Source: Escherichia phage vB_EcoM-VpaE1. From it: DNA of 64,000 nucleotides. Where the stretch lies: the sequence record KM657822, one strand, 5' to 3'. Below, in pieces: positions 16,978-35,512 of the stretch. The translations under genes were made by a program, and so were the position numbers. Numbering within the stretch: the stretch's first letter is position 1; each line of letters starts with the position of its first letter. The notes below the pieces were generated by a model. That model saw only the letters and a list, made by a program, of their open reading frames with translations, searched no databases and had not been told where the DNA came from.

Positions 16978-17376
16978 ATGAAAACAGAATCTAGAGTAAT
17001 TAATGGCAAGAAAGTAAATATCGTTCTGCTTGGGGCAAGAGATGGTATTAAGATGTCTATGAAGTTGGGTAAAATTGTTGTCCCAACTTTTGCACAGATG
17101 CTATCAAGTCTGACTGACAAGGGTAAGAAAGAAGCTCCAATGGTTCCATTTAAAGAACTTGTTGAAGCTTGTTTTGACAGAATTGAAGAAATTAACCTTG
17201 AAGAGATGGCTACCTTATTATTTCAAGGGGCAACTGTTGACGACTTCCCACTTAATATTGATACGTACTTCCAAGCAAACTACGGTGAGTTTATTGATTA
17301 CTTAGCATTTGCGCTGGAGGCAAACTTCGGAAGTTTTTTCGAAGCAAGCATTTTCAAAAGCCTAACTTCTCAGTAA
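16978..17376 (+). CDS. tail assembly chaperone
   Basis: 132 aa ORF directly upstream of tape measure; slippery heptamer T_TTT_TTC at 17334-17340. Confidence 0.5.
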   Translation: MKTESRVINGKKVNIVLLGARDGIKMSMKLGKIVVPTFAQMLSSLTDKGKKEAPMVPFKELVEACFDRIEEINLEEMATLLFQGATVDDFPLNIDTYFQANYGEFIDYLAFALEANFGSFFEASIFKSLTSQ

Positions 17377-17378
17377 AC

Positions 17379-17617
17379 ATGGGTAACACTCTACAGACAC
17401 CACTAACTGATGCTGCTGTAGAGGCAACCTATGAAGAAGCAGACGAGATGAAATTTGTGCTTGCTATTTATGGTATGGAAGGGTGTAAAGAAACACTTGA
17501 CCAACTCTTTGCTATGACATTCTCTGATTTATTATCATTGAGACAATTTCTTGAAATTCAGAGGTCGTATAAAGAGGAAATTGCTTACAACGAACTTAGA
17601 AGAGCAGGAAAAATGTA

Positions 17618-17618
<1 letters not shown>
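17379..17618 (+). CDS. tail assembly chaperone extension (likely -1 frameshift product)
   Basis: -1 frame is open from the slippery site into this ORF. Confidence 0.4.
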
Positions 17619-25637
<8,019 letters not shown>

Positions 25638-25639
25638 TA

Positions 25640-26812
25640 ATGGCAGTAGGTGAAATTCAAATTAGTGCCTTGCCTCAAGCAGCCTTACCAATTGACCTTA
25701 GTGATATCTTCCATCTTAAGCAGGGTATTGAGGATAAGAGATGTACTCTTGAGCAATTACTTGCTCCACACTCAAGCCTAAGAAATAACCCTCATGGTGT
25801 TACTAAAACACAAATTGGTTTAGATAATGTTATTAACGCCCTTCAGTTAGTTGCTGCAAATAACTTATCAGATATTGTTAATGTAGCTGAGGCAAGAGCA
25901 AATCTACAGATTATGTCTTCAGAAGAGGTTAATAACCTTGTTCAACAGCATATTCAGGACAAGAGCAACCCACACAATACAACTAAGGCACAGGTTGGTT
26001 TAAGTAATGTTCAGAACTGGACAACATCTAACCTTTATAATGAGGATGCAGATAAGTACGCTACAGCAAGAGCAGTAAATAACTTGTACAAGGCTGTTCA
26101 GGCTTCCTATCCAGTAGGTACTATCCATCTTTCCATGAACTCTGCAAACCCCTCTACATATTTAATTTGTGGAGGTACTTGGGAGTTAGTTTCAAAGGGT
26201 AGAGCATTGGTTGGTTATGACTCTGACACAAGACCAGCAGGTTCTGTATTTGGTGCTTCAACTGTCACTTTGTCAGTTAATAACATGCCTCAACACTCTC
26301 ACTCTGTGTCTCTTAGTGGTGGTGGTCATACTCATAATGCAACGGTGTCAATTTCAGCTTTTGACTATGGGGCTAAGACTACCAACTCTTTTGACTATGG
26401 AACAAAGGATACCAATACAACTGGTAACCATACACACAACGTATCAGGGAACACAAGTACAAATGGCACTCACAACCATGATGTATACCCTAGAGAAAAT
26501 GATGGTACTGGTAATGCTGTAGCTGACTCTGATGGTGGTGGTGCATGGAGAACATCAAGAACATCTAGTGACGGTGCACACTCACATAGTTTTAGCGTTA
26601 CATCTGGTACATCTGGTAACCACAGCCACTCTGTAGGTATTGGTGCTCACAGCCACACAGTCGGTATTGGTTCACATACACACAGTGGTGCTGTGACAGT
26701 TTCTTCTTCTGAGCATACACATAGTGGCAATACGAATAGTGTTGGTGGAGGTCAGGCAGTTAATATTGAACAGCCATCCTTCGTACTGTATGTATGGCAG
26801 AGAACAGCTTAA
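25640..26812 (+). CDS. tail fiber protein with C-terminal His-x-His repeats
   Basis: C-terminal [16 protein letters not shown] ... [25 protein letters not shown] repeats; N-terminus Asn/Gln-rich. Confidence 0.6.
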   Translation: MAVGEIQISALPQAALPIDLSDIFHLKQGIEDKRCTLEQLLAPHSSLRNNPHGVTKTQIGLDNVINALQLVAANNLSDIVNVAEARANLQIMSSEEVNNLVQQHIQDKSNPHNTTKAQVGLSNVQNWTTSNLYNEDADKYATARAVNNLYKAVQASYPVGTIHLSMNSANPSTYLICGGTWELVSKGRALVGYDSDTRPAGSVFGASTVTLSVNNMPQHSHSVSLSGGGHTHNATVSISAFDYGAKTTNSFDYGTKDTNTTGNHTHNVSGNTSTNGTHNHDVYPRENDGTGNAVADSDGGGAWRTSRTSSDGAHSHSFSVTSGTSGNHSHSVGIGAHSHTVGIGSHTHSGAVTVSSSEHTHSGNTNSVGGGQAVNIEQPSFVLYVWQRTA

Positions 26813-26821
26813 TTTCTTTAC

Positions 26822-26843
26822 AGGGGCTTTCAAGCCCCTTTTA
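26822..26843 (+). terminator. terminator-like hairpin between the two fiber genes
   Basis: AGGGGCTT-tcaa-GCCCCT followed by TTTT. Confidence 0.4.
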
Positions 26844-26858
26844 AGAGGAAAATTTATA

Positions 26859-29213
26859 ATGGCAGATTACAATTTGAGTGAATTAAACTCAATCGATACA
26901 ATCCGTTCAGATGACCTTCTTCATGTCAGAGTTAAAAAGAGACCTGAAATGCTTGGCGATGAAGACCGTCGAATGACTTATCAAGATTTATTAGCGTCTT
27001 TTAAACTTGAAAGATTTGTTCAGATTGCTGGTAGTAATATGACAGGTGACTTAGGGATTGTTAAGTTACTTTATGGTGGTAAGGCAGTATTTGACCCAAC
27101 AGGCTCTTCTGAGATTAATATTGGGGATGTTTTAAAGACTTTTAAAATTAACGCAAATGGTCTTAGGCTAACTATTACAGATGCTTCAAGGTCAGCAACT
27201 GTTTATCATACTCTGAATAAACCAAGTCCTAATGAACTTGGGATGAGAACTAATGAAGAGAATGATGCAAGATATGCAAGGTTGGCTGTAACAAATAACT
27301 TCAACATTAGGCAAGCAATTGTCGTTGATGGTGAGCAGTTAACTCTTAAGAAAGCAACTAATGCAGGAGCTTCATATATTCAGGGTAGAAATGCTAATAA
27401 CCAGCAAACGTGGTATGTTGGACAGGGAAATGCAAACAACACTAATGTTTATCTGTACAATCATGCCACTGGCTCAATGTTAACCCTTGACGCAACAGCG
27501 TCATTTAACAAGACACTAAGAGTCATGGGTCAAGTTCAGCCTTCTGACTTCTCTAACTTAGATGCTAGATACTTCACTCAGACAGTTGCTAATCAGAGGT
27601 TTGCACAGTTAACTGCGAATAATACTTTTAGAGGCGTGAATACATTTAATCAAATCCTATCAATTGAGACGAATAGTGCAGCCTTAAGGTTAAAAAATAC
27701 TGTAGCTAATGGTGCACTGTACATTAAAGGTGAAAGTAATGATGGCTCTAGTAAGTGGTATGTAGGTAATGGTGATAATACACCTGCCGTATTAATTCAC
27801 AACTATACATATGGGTCTAATCTTAGACTCGACAATGGTTATGTTGAGGTTAATAAGCAACTTAAAGTCGTTGGTCAAGTTCAACCTTCTGATTGGACTA
27901 ACATTGACTCTAGATATATTCCGGCAGGAACTTTGAGTAATCTTGCTAAACTTAATGTATCTAATACTTTCACAAATGTGCAAACTATTGTGTCTGACAA
28001 CGAGGGTTTGGTATTAAGGAGCTTAACACAGGGACAGCCACAATATATCCGTGGTGTTGATACTGCGAATGTATCTAGGTGGTGGCTGGGCGCAGGAAGT
28101 GCTAATTCTAACGTGGTAACCTTGAGCAACAGCTTTTCAGGCACTCAAATTTCCCTAGAGCCAACATTGGTTAGTATGAATAAGAACCTGTATATTAATG
28201 GGCAGGTTCAACCACAAGATTGGTCTAACTTAGATGCTAGATACTTTGTTAAAACTAAGTTATTAGACCAATCCTTAATGACTGTAACTGTAAATAACCT
28301 CGAAGACCACCCAGCATTTAATCTTGGGTACTCAGGCTTTGTCAGAAACAATGGTGTTACTGACGGCTTGAGGGATTTGGCAATTCATGTTGCACACTCT
28401 AGCAAGACTGCTGCATATGCAAGAGGTATCTCTTTTTCGTATGGCTCAATGGGTTTAGGGGTATTCACCTATGCCTATGATGACGAGGGTGAATACGCTG
28501 GAGAAGCACAGCTTTATACAACTGATTTTAAACCAACACCTTCAGATATTGGTGCATATACTAAAGCTGAAACTGACCAGAAGATTGCACAGGCAGTAAG
28601 TGACTCTACAGACCTTAATAAAATCTATCCAGTAGGTATTGTAACGTGGTTTAATAGTAACGTTGACCCTAATACAGCACTTCCTGGTCTAACTTGGACG
28701 TACCTGAATAATGGTGTTGGTAGAACTATCAGAATCGCAGCAGCAAATGGTTCAGATGTTGCTACAACAGGTGGTTCAGATTCTGTGACGCTATCTGTTG
28801 GTAACTTGCCATCACACACCCATAGTTTCTCTGCTACCACTTCATCTTTTGATTATGGTACGAAGGGAACTAACACTACAGGTGGACACACTCACTCTGG
28901 TAGTGGTTCTACTAGCACAAATGGTGAGCACAGCCACTACATCGAGGCATGGAATGGTACTGGTAGAGGTGGTGATAAGATGTCATCATATGCCGTATCA
29001 TACAGGACGGGTGGGAGTAACACTAATGCAGCAGGGAACCATAGTCATACTTTCTCTTTTGGTACTAGCGGTGCTGGCGACCATTCCCACTCTGTAGGTA
29101 TTGGTGCTCACAGTCACACAGTCAGTGGTAATACTGGTGGTACAGGTTCTGGTTCAGCATTTAGTGTTACCAACCAGTTCTACAAGTTAATGGCTTGGGT
29201 AAGAACTGCTTAA
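26859..29213 (+). CDS. large tail fiber protein with internal repeats and His-x-His C-terminus
   Basis: Start ATG 26859 behind AGAGGA; three ~115 aa repeats each ending GQVQPSDW(S/T)N(L/I)D(A/S)RY; C-terminus shares the FDYGTK-TNTTG-HTH module with the upstream fiber. Confidence 0.65.
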   Translation: MADYNLSELNSIDTIRSDDLLHVRVKKRPEMLGDEDRRMTYQDLLASFKLERFVQIAGSNMTGDLGIVKLLYGGKAVFDPTGSSEINIGDVLKTFKINANGLRLTITDASRSATVYHTLNKPSPNELGMRTNEENDARYARLAVTNNFNIRQAIVVDGEQLTLKKATNAGASYIQGRNANNQQTWYVGQGNANNTNVYLYNHATGSMLTLDATASFNKTLRVMGQVQPSDFSNLDARYFTQTVANQRFAQLTANNTFRGVNTFNQILSIETNSAALRLKNTVANGALYIKGESNDGSSKWYVGNGDNTPAVLIHNYTYGSNLRLDNGYVEVNKQLKVVGQVQPSDWTNIDSRYIPAGTLSNLAKLNVSNTFTNVQTIVSDNEGLVLRSLTQGQPQYIRGVDTANVSRWWLGAGSANSNVVTLSNSFSGTQISLEPTLVSMNKNLYINGQVQPQDWSNLDARYFVKTKLLDQSLMTVTVNNLEDHPAFNLGYSGFVRNNGVTDGLRDLAIHVAHSSKTAAYARGISFSYGSMGLGVFTYAYDDEGEYAGEAQLYTTDFKPTPSDIGAYTKAETDQKIAQAVSDSTDLNKIYPVGIVTWFNSNVDPNTALPGLTWTYLNNGVGRTIRIAAANGSDVATTGGSDSVTLSVGNLPSHTHSFSATTSSFDYGTKGTNTTGGHTHSGSGSTSTNGEHSHYIEAWNGTGRGGDKMSSYAVSYRTGGSNTNAAGNHSHTFSFGTSGAGDHSHSVGIGAHSHTVSGNTGGTGSGSAFSVTNQFYKLMAWVRTA

Positions 29214-29292
29214 TCCTTTGTTGACTGATTGTTAAGATGGTGTTAATATTCTTTATGGGTATTCTCACCATCTTGGCTGATGAGGTGATTAA

Positions 29293-29487
29293 ATGCCTAC
29301 AATCCTAGCAATTCTTCTAAAAAATCTAGGTAGCTTCTTCTGGAAACTCATTTTATCCCTTCTAAGTGAATACATGATTGAGAAAGTGTTCTTTAAGCTT
29401 GCAAGATACCTTGCGAGTAAAACAGACACGCCTATCGATGATGAGTTCGTAGATAACTTAGAAAAAGCTTTTAAGGGGGAGAAATAA
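29293..29487 (+). CDS. small membrane protein (holin-like candidate)
   Basis: 64 aa, hydrophobic N-terminal half, charged C-terminus. Confidence 0.3.
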   Translation: MPTILAILLKNLGSFFWKLILSLLSEYMIEKVFFKLARYLASKTDTPIDDEFVDNLEKAFKGEK

Positions 29488-29859
29488 ATGAAGTGGCTAG
29501 AGGAAGCTTTTAAAAACAATATTGGTGCAATTGTTGTTGGTATTTTTAGTGTTATTGGGATGTATACCACCATGCAAGTTTCAAGTGGTAAGCAAGAAGT
29601 GTCTATCACAACAAAGTTACAGCAGCTAGATAATTATTCCAAAAGTAATTATTCAGCTATTCGTGATTTACAGTCTGACATGAGACTGCTTCAGTTAGGG
29701 ATGGAGAACCAGAAAGTCCAGTTAGAGAATGTTAAGGGAGAGAACGCAAAACTTACTAAGACTCTTGATAAATTCTCTGATAGCGTGAACAATCTGGCTC
29801 AGTCAGTATCAGCCCTCCAAGCTATTACTGAAAAGAACACAAAGAATACTGAAAAGTAA
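29488..29859 (+). CDS. N-terminal TM plus coiled-coil protein (spanin- or holin-like candidate)
   Basis: 123 aa; TM helix IGAIVVGIFSVIGMY then heptad-rich region. Confidence 0.35.
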   Translation: MKWLEEAFKNNIGAIVVGIFSVIGMYTTMQVSSGKQEVSITTKLQQLDNYSKSNYSAIRDLQSDMRLLQLGMENQKVQLENVKGENAKLTKTLDKFSDSVNNLAQSVSALQAITEKNTKNTEK

Positions 29860-29865
29860 AGTTTA

Positions 29866-29893
29866 AGGCTCCTTTTTACGGGAGCCTTTTTTG
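29866..29893 (+). terminator. rho-independent terminator between convergent genes
   Basis: AGGCTCC-tttttacg-GGAGCCT followed by TTTTTTG; - strand thyA ends 4 nt away. Confidence 0.55.
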
Positions 29894-29896
29894 TTT

Positions 29897-30796
29897 CTAC
29901 TTACCTACTGACAAAGGTGCTTCAATCTTTCCTGCATGTTGGTAGTTACTAATTCCACCGATAAAGTCACTTGCAGTAAGATGTTTTAAGTCACTTAAAG
30001 TGTTAAGCTGTACACCAATCTCAAAAGTAGGTGCATGAAACTCTTCATTGTTCATCAGTTCATAGACCTGCTTCATATGGTTATGATAAATCTGAGTATC
30101 TCCAAAGACACCTATCAAGTATCGTGGAGTGTATCCAGTCATCTTACAAAGAACTTCTAAGATGAAGCCATAAGACGCAATATTAAACGGAAGTCCTAAA
30201 AAGGTGTCTACAGAACGCTGATACCATTGTAAGTCAACTTCACCTTCATTAGTAATATAAATCTGAAACAGAACATGGCAAGGTGCTAAAGCCATCGAGT
30301 TAGCTGAAATATCTGCTGCATTCCAAGCATTAACAAGCATGTAGCGGTCTGTAATATCACCCTTCATCTTCGTTACTAAGGTCTCTAACTGGTCTACAAC
30401 ACAACCATTATGACCCTCAAAGTTTCTCCACTGAACCCCGTAGATTCTACCACCTGCATCCTCTAACCAGTCTTGTTCAGAAGAGTAGTTAGAGCTTAAC
30501 CAACGTTTAAAATCATCTGACCAGATAGTCCAGCGTTCCCCATCATTTTCACCCCAAGTACGGTAACGGAGTTCACCAAGTTTATTCTCACCATTCAGGA
30601 ACCATAAAGCTTCCCCAATAACTTGCCGTGTAAACACCTGTTTAGATGTTAAGAGTGGAAAACCAGTCCTCATATCAAAACGAAATTGTGGTGGAGCAAA
30701 TGCAGAGATAACATCTCCAGTTCGTGTAGTACGCAGTTCACCAACGGATAAAACATGGTTCAGGATATTTTTGTAACTTGAATCTGCTTGTGACAT
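29897..30796 (-). CDS. thyA: thymidylate synthase
   Basis: ThyA signatures: RTGTG-like RTTRTGD, FPLLTSK, IYGVQWR, active-site Cys in ALAPCH, WYQRSVDTFLGLPFNIASY. Confidence 0.9.
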   Translation of the reverse strand: MSQADSSYKNILNHVLSVGELRTTRTGDVISAFAPPQFRFDMRTGFPLLTSKQVFTRQVIGEALWFLNGENKLGELRYRTWGENDGERWTIWSDDFKRWLSSNYSSEQDWLEDAGGRIYGVQWRNFEGHNGCVVDQLETLVTKMKGDITDRYMLVNAWNAADISANSMALAPCHVLFQIYITNEGEVDLQWYQRSVDTFLGLPFNIASYGFILEVLCKMTGYTPRYLIGVFGDTQIYHNHMKQVYELMNNEEFHAPTFEIGVQLNTLSDLKHLTASDFIGGISNYQHAGKIEAPLSVGK

Positions 30797-30797
30797 A

Positions 30798-31343
30798 TCA
30801 AAAGTGTCCTTTTACTTGTGGAACATAGATTTCAAAGGTTGCTTTACCATCATCTGAGGGTCTTGACTGCACCTTTGCAAATACACGGCTATCATACAGT
30901 TTCTCGAAGAAGTTTTCAAAAGGTAAATACACAGTGGCCTCTTCAGTAACTTTATGGAAAACTGTATGGAAAACTACACCAGCATATGGTAAAGCATTGA
31001 CAAGGACACCTGCACCACCAATTACAAAGACATCTTCATCAATAGAGCTATCAAGATACTTCAAAAATGCTCCAAAGGATTCTTTACTGGCCTTAGCATA
31101 CATTACATCATCTTTGTCAAAGTCTATACCCAAATATGGAACAGAGTTCGTTAAGACGAGGTTTGTACGTTCTGGTAATGGTTTACTACCCAGAGTCTTG
31201 AAAGTCTCATTACCCATCACTACTAAGTTGTTTTTAGTGAGTCTCTTAAACTCTTGCATATCCTGTTTATGTCGAGGCCACGGCATACCAGTTGGAGTAC
31301 CAAACTCCCCATTTTCACCACTTGCAAAGATTAATTTAATCAT
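30798..31343 (-). CDS. folA: dihydrofolate reductase
   Basis: MIKLIFA...GMPW...LVVMGNETFKTLG..PLPERTNLVLT and VFVIGGAGV motifs. Confidence 0.8.
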   Translation of the reverse strand: MIKLIFASGENGEFGTPTGMPWPRHKQDMQEFKRLTKNNLVVMGNETFKTLGSKPLPERTNLVLTNSVPYLGIDFDKDDVMYAKASKESFGAFLKYLDSSIDEDVFVIGGAGVLVNALPYAGVVFHTVFHKVTEEATVYLPFENFFEKLYDSRVFAKVQSRPSDDGKATFEIYVPQVKGHF

Positions 31344-31600
31344 TTTGTAAATCCTTTCTTAATGAACCAGTTGATAGCATTCTTCACAGCTTTATTGCTA
31401 TGGTAGATTAAGTGTGGTGCAGGTTGGTATGAACCATAAGCCCAGAAAGCAATGATTTCATTACATCCTGTACACCTTGTACTCTCTTCAGCAATATGAC
31501 CGTTGACTATTTCACTTACCTCGCCTTGTAAGTCTGTACACCCACAATGTGGACATCGGATAGGTGTTCCATCAGACTCATAGCAGTGTTCAATTTTCAT
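31340..31600 (-). CDS. Zn-ribbon protein, hypothetical
   Basis: 86 aa with CPHCGC ... CTGC cysteine pairs. Confidence 0.4.
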   Translation of the reverse strand: MKIEHCYESDGTPIRCPHCGCTDLQGEVSEIVNGHIAEESTRCTGCNEIIAFWAYGSYQPAPHLIYHSNKAVKNAINWFIKKGFTK

Positions 31601-32116
31601 TTACTTAACCTCAAAAACTGGCTCAAGAACCAATATAAAGTCTACACAGTCATCTTCTTCATCCAGAATACCATCAAAGTTCTTAGGAACGAAGTCGAAG
31701 AGGCTCATAACAAAACAGTCAGAAGTGACCTTAATAGTTCCTCCCATGTTCTCTACAGTTAACACTGTACGACTTTCTTTTACCTCCCTCAGAAGATTAC
31801 CCACAAAGTCATCTAAGAAGTACTTCATCAGTGACTTAAAACCTTTAGGATAATCTGTACCAGAGTATGTTTCAATCTGAGGCACAAGCTTAACATTTAT
31901 ACTAGTCTTTGTTAAGAACGTGTTAGAGAACATACTATCAGGTAACTTACAAACACTCTTTCCAGTACCTTCATGTTCAATCTCAACAAAACCAGCTTCG
32001 TCGCCACATGTAACTATTTTAAAAGATGCTTCATTCTCATACTGTGAAGCCATAAACTTTTTAAGCATCTCTTTAAGGAAATCTGCATGAGCATCTTGTA
32101 AGTAGATATCAATCAT
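31601..32116 (-). CDS. hypothetical protein
   Basis: 171 aa ORF in co-directional - strand operon. Confidence 0.4.
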   Translation of the reverse strand: MIDIYLQDAHADFLKEMLKKFMASQYENEASFKIVTCGDEAGFVEIEHEGTGKSVCKLPDSMFSNTFLTKTSINVKLVPQIETYSGTDYPKGFKSLMKYFLDDFVGNLLREVKESRTVLTVENMGGTIKVTSDCFVMSLFDFVPKNFDGILDEEDDCVDFILVLEPVFEVK

Positions 32117-32129
32117 AGTTAATCACCTA

Positions 32130-32489
32130 TTATGGGAACAAACACTTAATGTCATCGTTTTTGAAAACGAAACTTGTGTAGTTATGACCATCAACATCCA
32201 ACCAAACAGCCTGAACATCTACACCATCAAGATTCTGGTAAAGCTCTTTGATGAAGTGGTCTTTCACAATCTGGCTACTAGTGGTTTCCAGCTTGATGTT
32301 TGAGATTGCTGAACCTACAGCCATATAACCCATAACACGTTTCTTCTCAGTATGCTTAATCTTACCATCTTTGTAAGCCATAATGAGATTGGAGAGAATC
32401 TTCACACCATAATACTTTTCAAGGTGAGTAGGTACACCATAAAAGCCTAATGCGAAATTTTCAGAGTGGATAATGTTTTCACGTTTCAT
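32130..32489 (-). CDS. hypothetical protein
   Basis: 119 aa ORF. Confidence 0.4.
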   Translation of the reverse strand: MKRENIIHSENFALGFYGVPTHLEKYYGVKILSNLIMAYKDGKIKHTEKKRVMGYMAVGSAISNIKLETTSSQIVKDHFIKELYQNLDGVDVQAVWLDVDGHNYTSFVFKNDDIKCLFP

Positions 32490-32490
32490 A

Positions 32491-32820
32491 TTAATCTGCC
32501 AACCTTAAATTGAAATTAACACCAAATTTTTCACATACTCCCAACATATACTCAAGGGAGACGTTACCAGTGAGATGGATTATGTTGGATACACGAGCCT
32601 GAGAGATACCACAAATTTTAGCAACTTGCTCTTGAGAAAGACCTCTGGATTTAATCTCTCTCTTAAAACGATGTGCAACGAAGTCTCTCATTTCGTCTAC
32701 ATCCATTGGACAAATATAACTCTCCATTTCAGCCTCTCTATCAGCCTCCCAATCATCTTGTGGGGCATAAGGGTCAAAAACCTCATTCATCTTTCTTCTT
32801 CCGTTTGCGTGAAGTGTCAA
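32491..32820 (-). CDS. helix-turn-helix DNA-binding protein (XRE-like)
   Basis: LSQEQVAKICGISQARVSNI helix-turn-helix segment; true start may be the internal Met. Confidence 0.45.
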   Translation of the reverse strand: MTLHANGRRKMNEVFDPYAPQDDWEADREAEMESYICPMDVDEMRDFVAHRFKREIKSRGLSQEQVAKICGISQARVSNIIHLTGNVSLEYMLGVCEKFGVNFNLRLAD

Positions 32821-32995
32821 TCAATGAATCTATGTTTGTAGCCCTAACCTTTTCACGTTCATCATTAAGATAATCATCAAGAGCCTTTTCAATCTGTGAA
32901 TCATCTTGACAGATAACTGTAAAGACTGTAAAGCCGTCTGTATCATCAATTATCTTACCATAACCGCTTCTGGGATGTAACTTTTTAAGAGCCAT
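32783..32995 (-). CDS. hypothetical small protein
   Basis: 70 aa ORF, basic C-terminus. Confidence 0.3.
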   Translation of the reverse strand: MALKKLHPRSGYGKIIDDTDGFTVFTVICQDDSQIEKALDDYLNDEREKVRATNIDSLIDTSRKRKKKDE

Positions 32996-32996
32996 A

Positions 32997-33380
32997 TCAA
33001 ATACCTGTGCAGCTTCTGTTTTCTAAGAAATACTCAACACCATACATAGCTTTTTGCATCAAATCTTCTTTAAACTGGATACGGTGGTTGAGCATAGCCT
33101 GTACATCAATATCATCACGGTGTTTCTCTTTAATATTTGCAGATTGCAGGAAATACTCTGCAAGAACGCGATACTGATAGTCAGTTACCTTATCAGTCAT
33201 CTCTGTCAAAGACTCTTCAGAGATTGGTTTAAGTAGCTCACCATTAGCCAAAGCAACACCTTTAACAATCTGGCAAGTATCTTCTGGAACACCTGATAAG
33301 TCCACATTTGGAAGTTCTGTTGCATTGACTGGTGAATTCATTGCCATAACCATTGCAGCAGCTAATAAAATCTTTTTCAT
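32997..33380 (-). CDS. secreted/periplasmic protein with signal peptide
   Basis: N-terminal MKKILLAAAMVMAMNSPVNA resembles a Sec signal peptide with AxA site. Confidence 0.45.
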   Translation of the reverse strand: MKKILLAAAMVMAMNSPVNATELPNVDLSGVPEDTCQIVKGVALANGELLKPISEESLTEMTDKVTDYQYRVLAEYFLQSANIKEKHRDDIDVQAMLNHRIQFKEDLMQKAMYGVEYFLENRSCTGI

Positions 33381-33424
33381 AATGACCTCAAAGTTATATT
33401 AAATTTTGTATTACATTGAGTATA

Positions 33425-33453
33425 AAAATAAGCTATAACACCTGACTTGTCAA
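33425..33453 (-). promoter_or_regulatory. sigma70-like promoter on - strand (TTGACA-N17-TATTTT)
   Basis: Reverse complement of 33448-33453 is TTGACA; -10 TATTTT from 33425-33430; about 45 nt upstream of the 33380 start. Confidence 0.4.
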
Positions 33454-33496
33454 CAGATTTTATAGCTTATTTGGCAGATTTTTTATAAGGCTACTG

Positions 33497-33575
33497 CCAT
33501 CCTTCCATACATTACCTTACCTTACCTCACCTGACCTGACCTGACCCTACCTAACATTACCGTGCCACACCTCAC
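33497..33575. repeat. pentanucleotide-phased ACC array 1
   Basis: ACCTT ACCTT ACCTC ACCTG ACCTG ACCTG ACCCT ACCTA ...: ACC recurs every 5 nt for ~15 units. Confidence 0.7.
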
Positions 33576-33636
33576 TTAAAAACCCTCTTAAAAGACTCTT
33601 AAGTGATGTAATCGAATTTTTATGTAGCTCCGATTA
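33573..33636. repeat. conserved hairpin pair A+B
   Basis: Hairpin A CACTTAA...TTAAGTG then hairpin B AATCG-aatttttatgtagctc-CGATT; repeated at 35111-35178 and partly at 35024-35054 and 35261-35299. Confidence 0.6.
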
Positions 33637-33638
33637 AC

Positions 33639-33710
33639 TACCCATACCAAGCCTAACCTGACCGCACCAAACCTTACAACACCACACCATACCTGACCAT
33701 ACCAAACCTC
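33639..33710. repeat. pentanucleotide-phased ACC array 2
   Basis: CCCAT ACCAA GCCTA ACCTG ACCGC ACCAA ACCTT ... Confidence 0.7.
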
Positions 33711-33732
33711 ATTAAAAGACCCTCTTAAAGAC

Positions 33733-33760
33733 CTTTTAAAAAGGAGCCTCCGAAGAGGCT
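33733..33760 (-). terminator. rho-independent terminator on - strand
   Basis: Hairpin AGCCTC-cgaa-GAGGCT; on the - strand followed by CTTTTTAAAA. Confidence 0.45.
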
Positions 33761-33771
33761 ACCTAGTCAAC

Positions 33772-34212
33772 TTAGAAAGGTTTTCTACGTTGCTTGTTAA
33801 TGTTAGCTTTCATAGCAGCTAAATGGTTTTGCTGTTCAATCAGTCGTGAGCGTTCTTGATGGCTAAGTGCCATAGTGTTCACATTCTCAATCGCTTGAGT
33901 GGCTTGCTTTAAAGCGCGACCAATCTTACCAGACATTTTACGTTTTGCAATAGTTGCTTGATGCTTAGGTTCAACCACACGATAACCAACACCCATTGAA
34001 GCAACCAGATAAATCTTCTCTTCTTTAAGAAGCTTCTCAATAAACTTCTCAAGTCGGTTTAGACGTGTAAGCGCATAAGCCTTCATTTCATCTTCGTACT
34101 TAACAATGTCACCTTGATAAGTTGGCTTCACAATACCTAAGAAGGTGTCCATCTCAGAGTGTGATACAGTGTCACCGTAACTAAACTTTGCTGCTAATGC
34201 TTTTGTATTCAT
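33772..34212 (-). CDS. hypothetical protein (repeat-flanked cassette gene 2)
   Basis: 146 aa ORF, start 3 nt after upstream stop; C-terminus basic. Confidence 0.45.
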   Translation of the reverse strand: MNTKALAAKFSYGDTVSHSEMDTFLGIVKPTYQGDIVKYEDEMKAYALTRLNRLEKFIEKLLKEEKIYLVASMGVGYRVVEPKHQATIAKRKMSGKIGRALKQATQAIENVNTMALSHQERSRLIEQQNHLAAMKANINKQRRKPF

Positions 34213-34214
34213 AA

Positions 34215-34820
<606 letters not shown>

Positions 34821-34898
34821 TTAGTTGATTGTTAAGTTGTTTGTAAAGAACCCTCAACAGAAGACTCTTTAGAAACTTGGTAGATTTTTAACGTGGCT

Positions 34899-34990
34899 AC
34901 TACCATCCACCCATACCATACCGAACCTTACCTTACCAAACCAGACCGCGCCTTACCAAACCAGACCAAACATTACTTTACCCTACCTCA
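34899..34990. repeat. pentanucleotide-phased ACC array 3
   Basis: ATACC ATACC GAACC TTACC TTACC AAACC AGACC ... Confidence 0.7.
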
Positions 34991-35054
34991 TTAAAAGACC
35001 CTCTTAAAGACCTTTTAAAAAGGTAAGTCTCATTTTAATGTAGCTGAGACTAAC

Positions 35055-35108
35055 TACCCATACCTCACCCTACCAGACCAGACCTTACCCTGCCAGACCC
35101 TACCGAAC
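35055..35108. repeat. pentanucleotide-phased ACC array 4
   Basis: CTACC CATAC CTCAC CCTAC CAGAC CAGAC CTTAC CCTGC CAGAC CCTAC. Confidence 0.65.
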
Positions 35109-35174
35109 ATCACTTAAAAATCCTCTTAGAAGACTCTTAAGTGATGTAATCGAATTTTAATGTAGCTCCGATTA

Positions 35175-35262
35175 ACTACCCATACCCTGCTTTACCTTAC
35201 CGTACCGTACTTTACCCTACCGTACCGAACAATACTTAACCCGACCTTACCCTACCGGACAT
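35175..35262. repeat. pentanucleotide-phased ACC array 5
   Basis: Same ACC-every-5-nt pattern, flanked by hairpin A/B copies. Confidence 0.65.
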
Positions 35263-35512
35263 CACTTAAAAACCCTCTTAGAAGACTCTTAAGTGATGCT
35301 GGTGAGTACCCGTTGGTTTATGATGCTCAGTATACTCACCAAATTTTCTATGTCAACAACTTTTATAAAAAAGTTCTGATAGCTATATGCGTCACGAAAC
35401 AAAAGATTGTAAACAAGACACCCATTGCAAAAGATGTGTCCAAAAGCTTACTTGCAACATATGACAATACAAAGACAACCAGTATAAACAAAATGACTGT
35501 ACTGAACATAGT

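Noticed and set aside
26211-26522. 103 aa + strand ORF in an alternate frame
   Set aside because: Lies wholly inside the tail fiber gene 25640-26812; product is low-complexity
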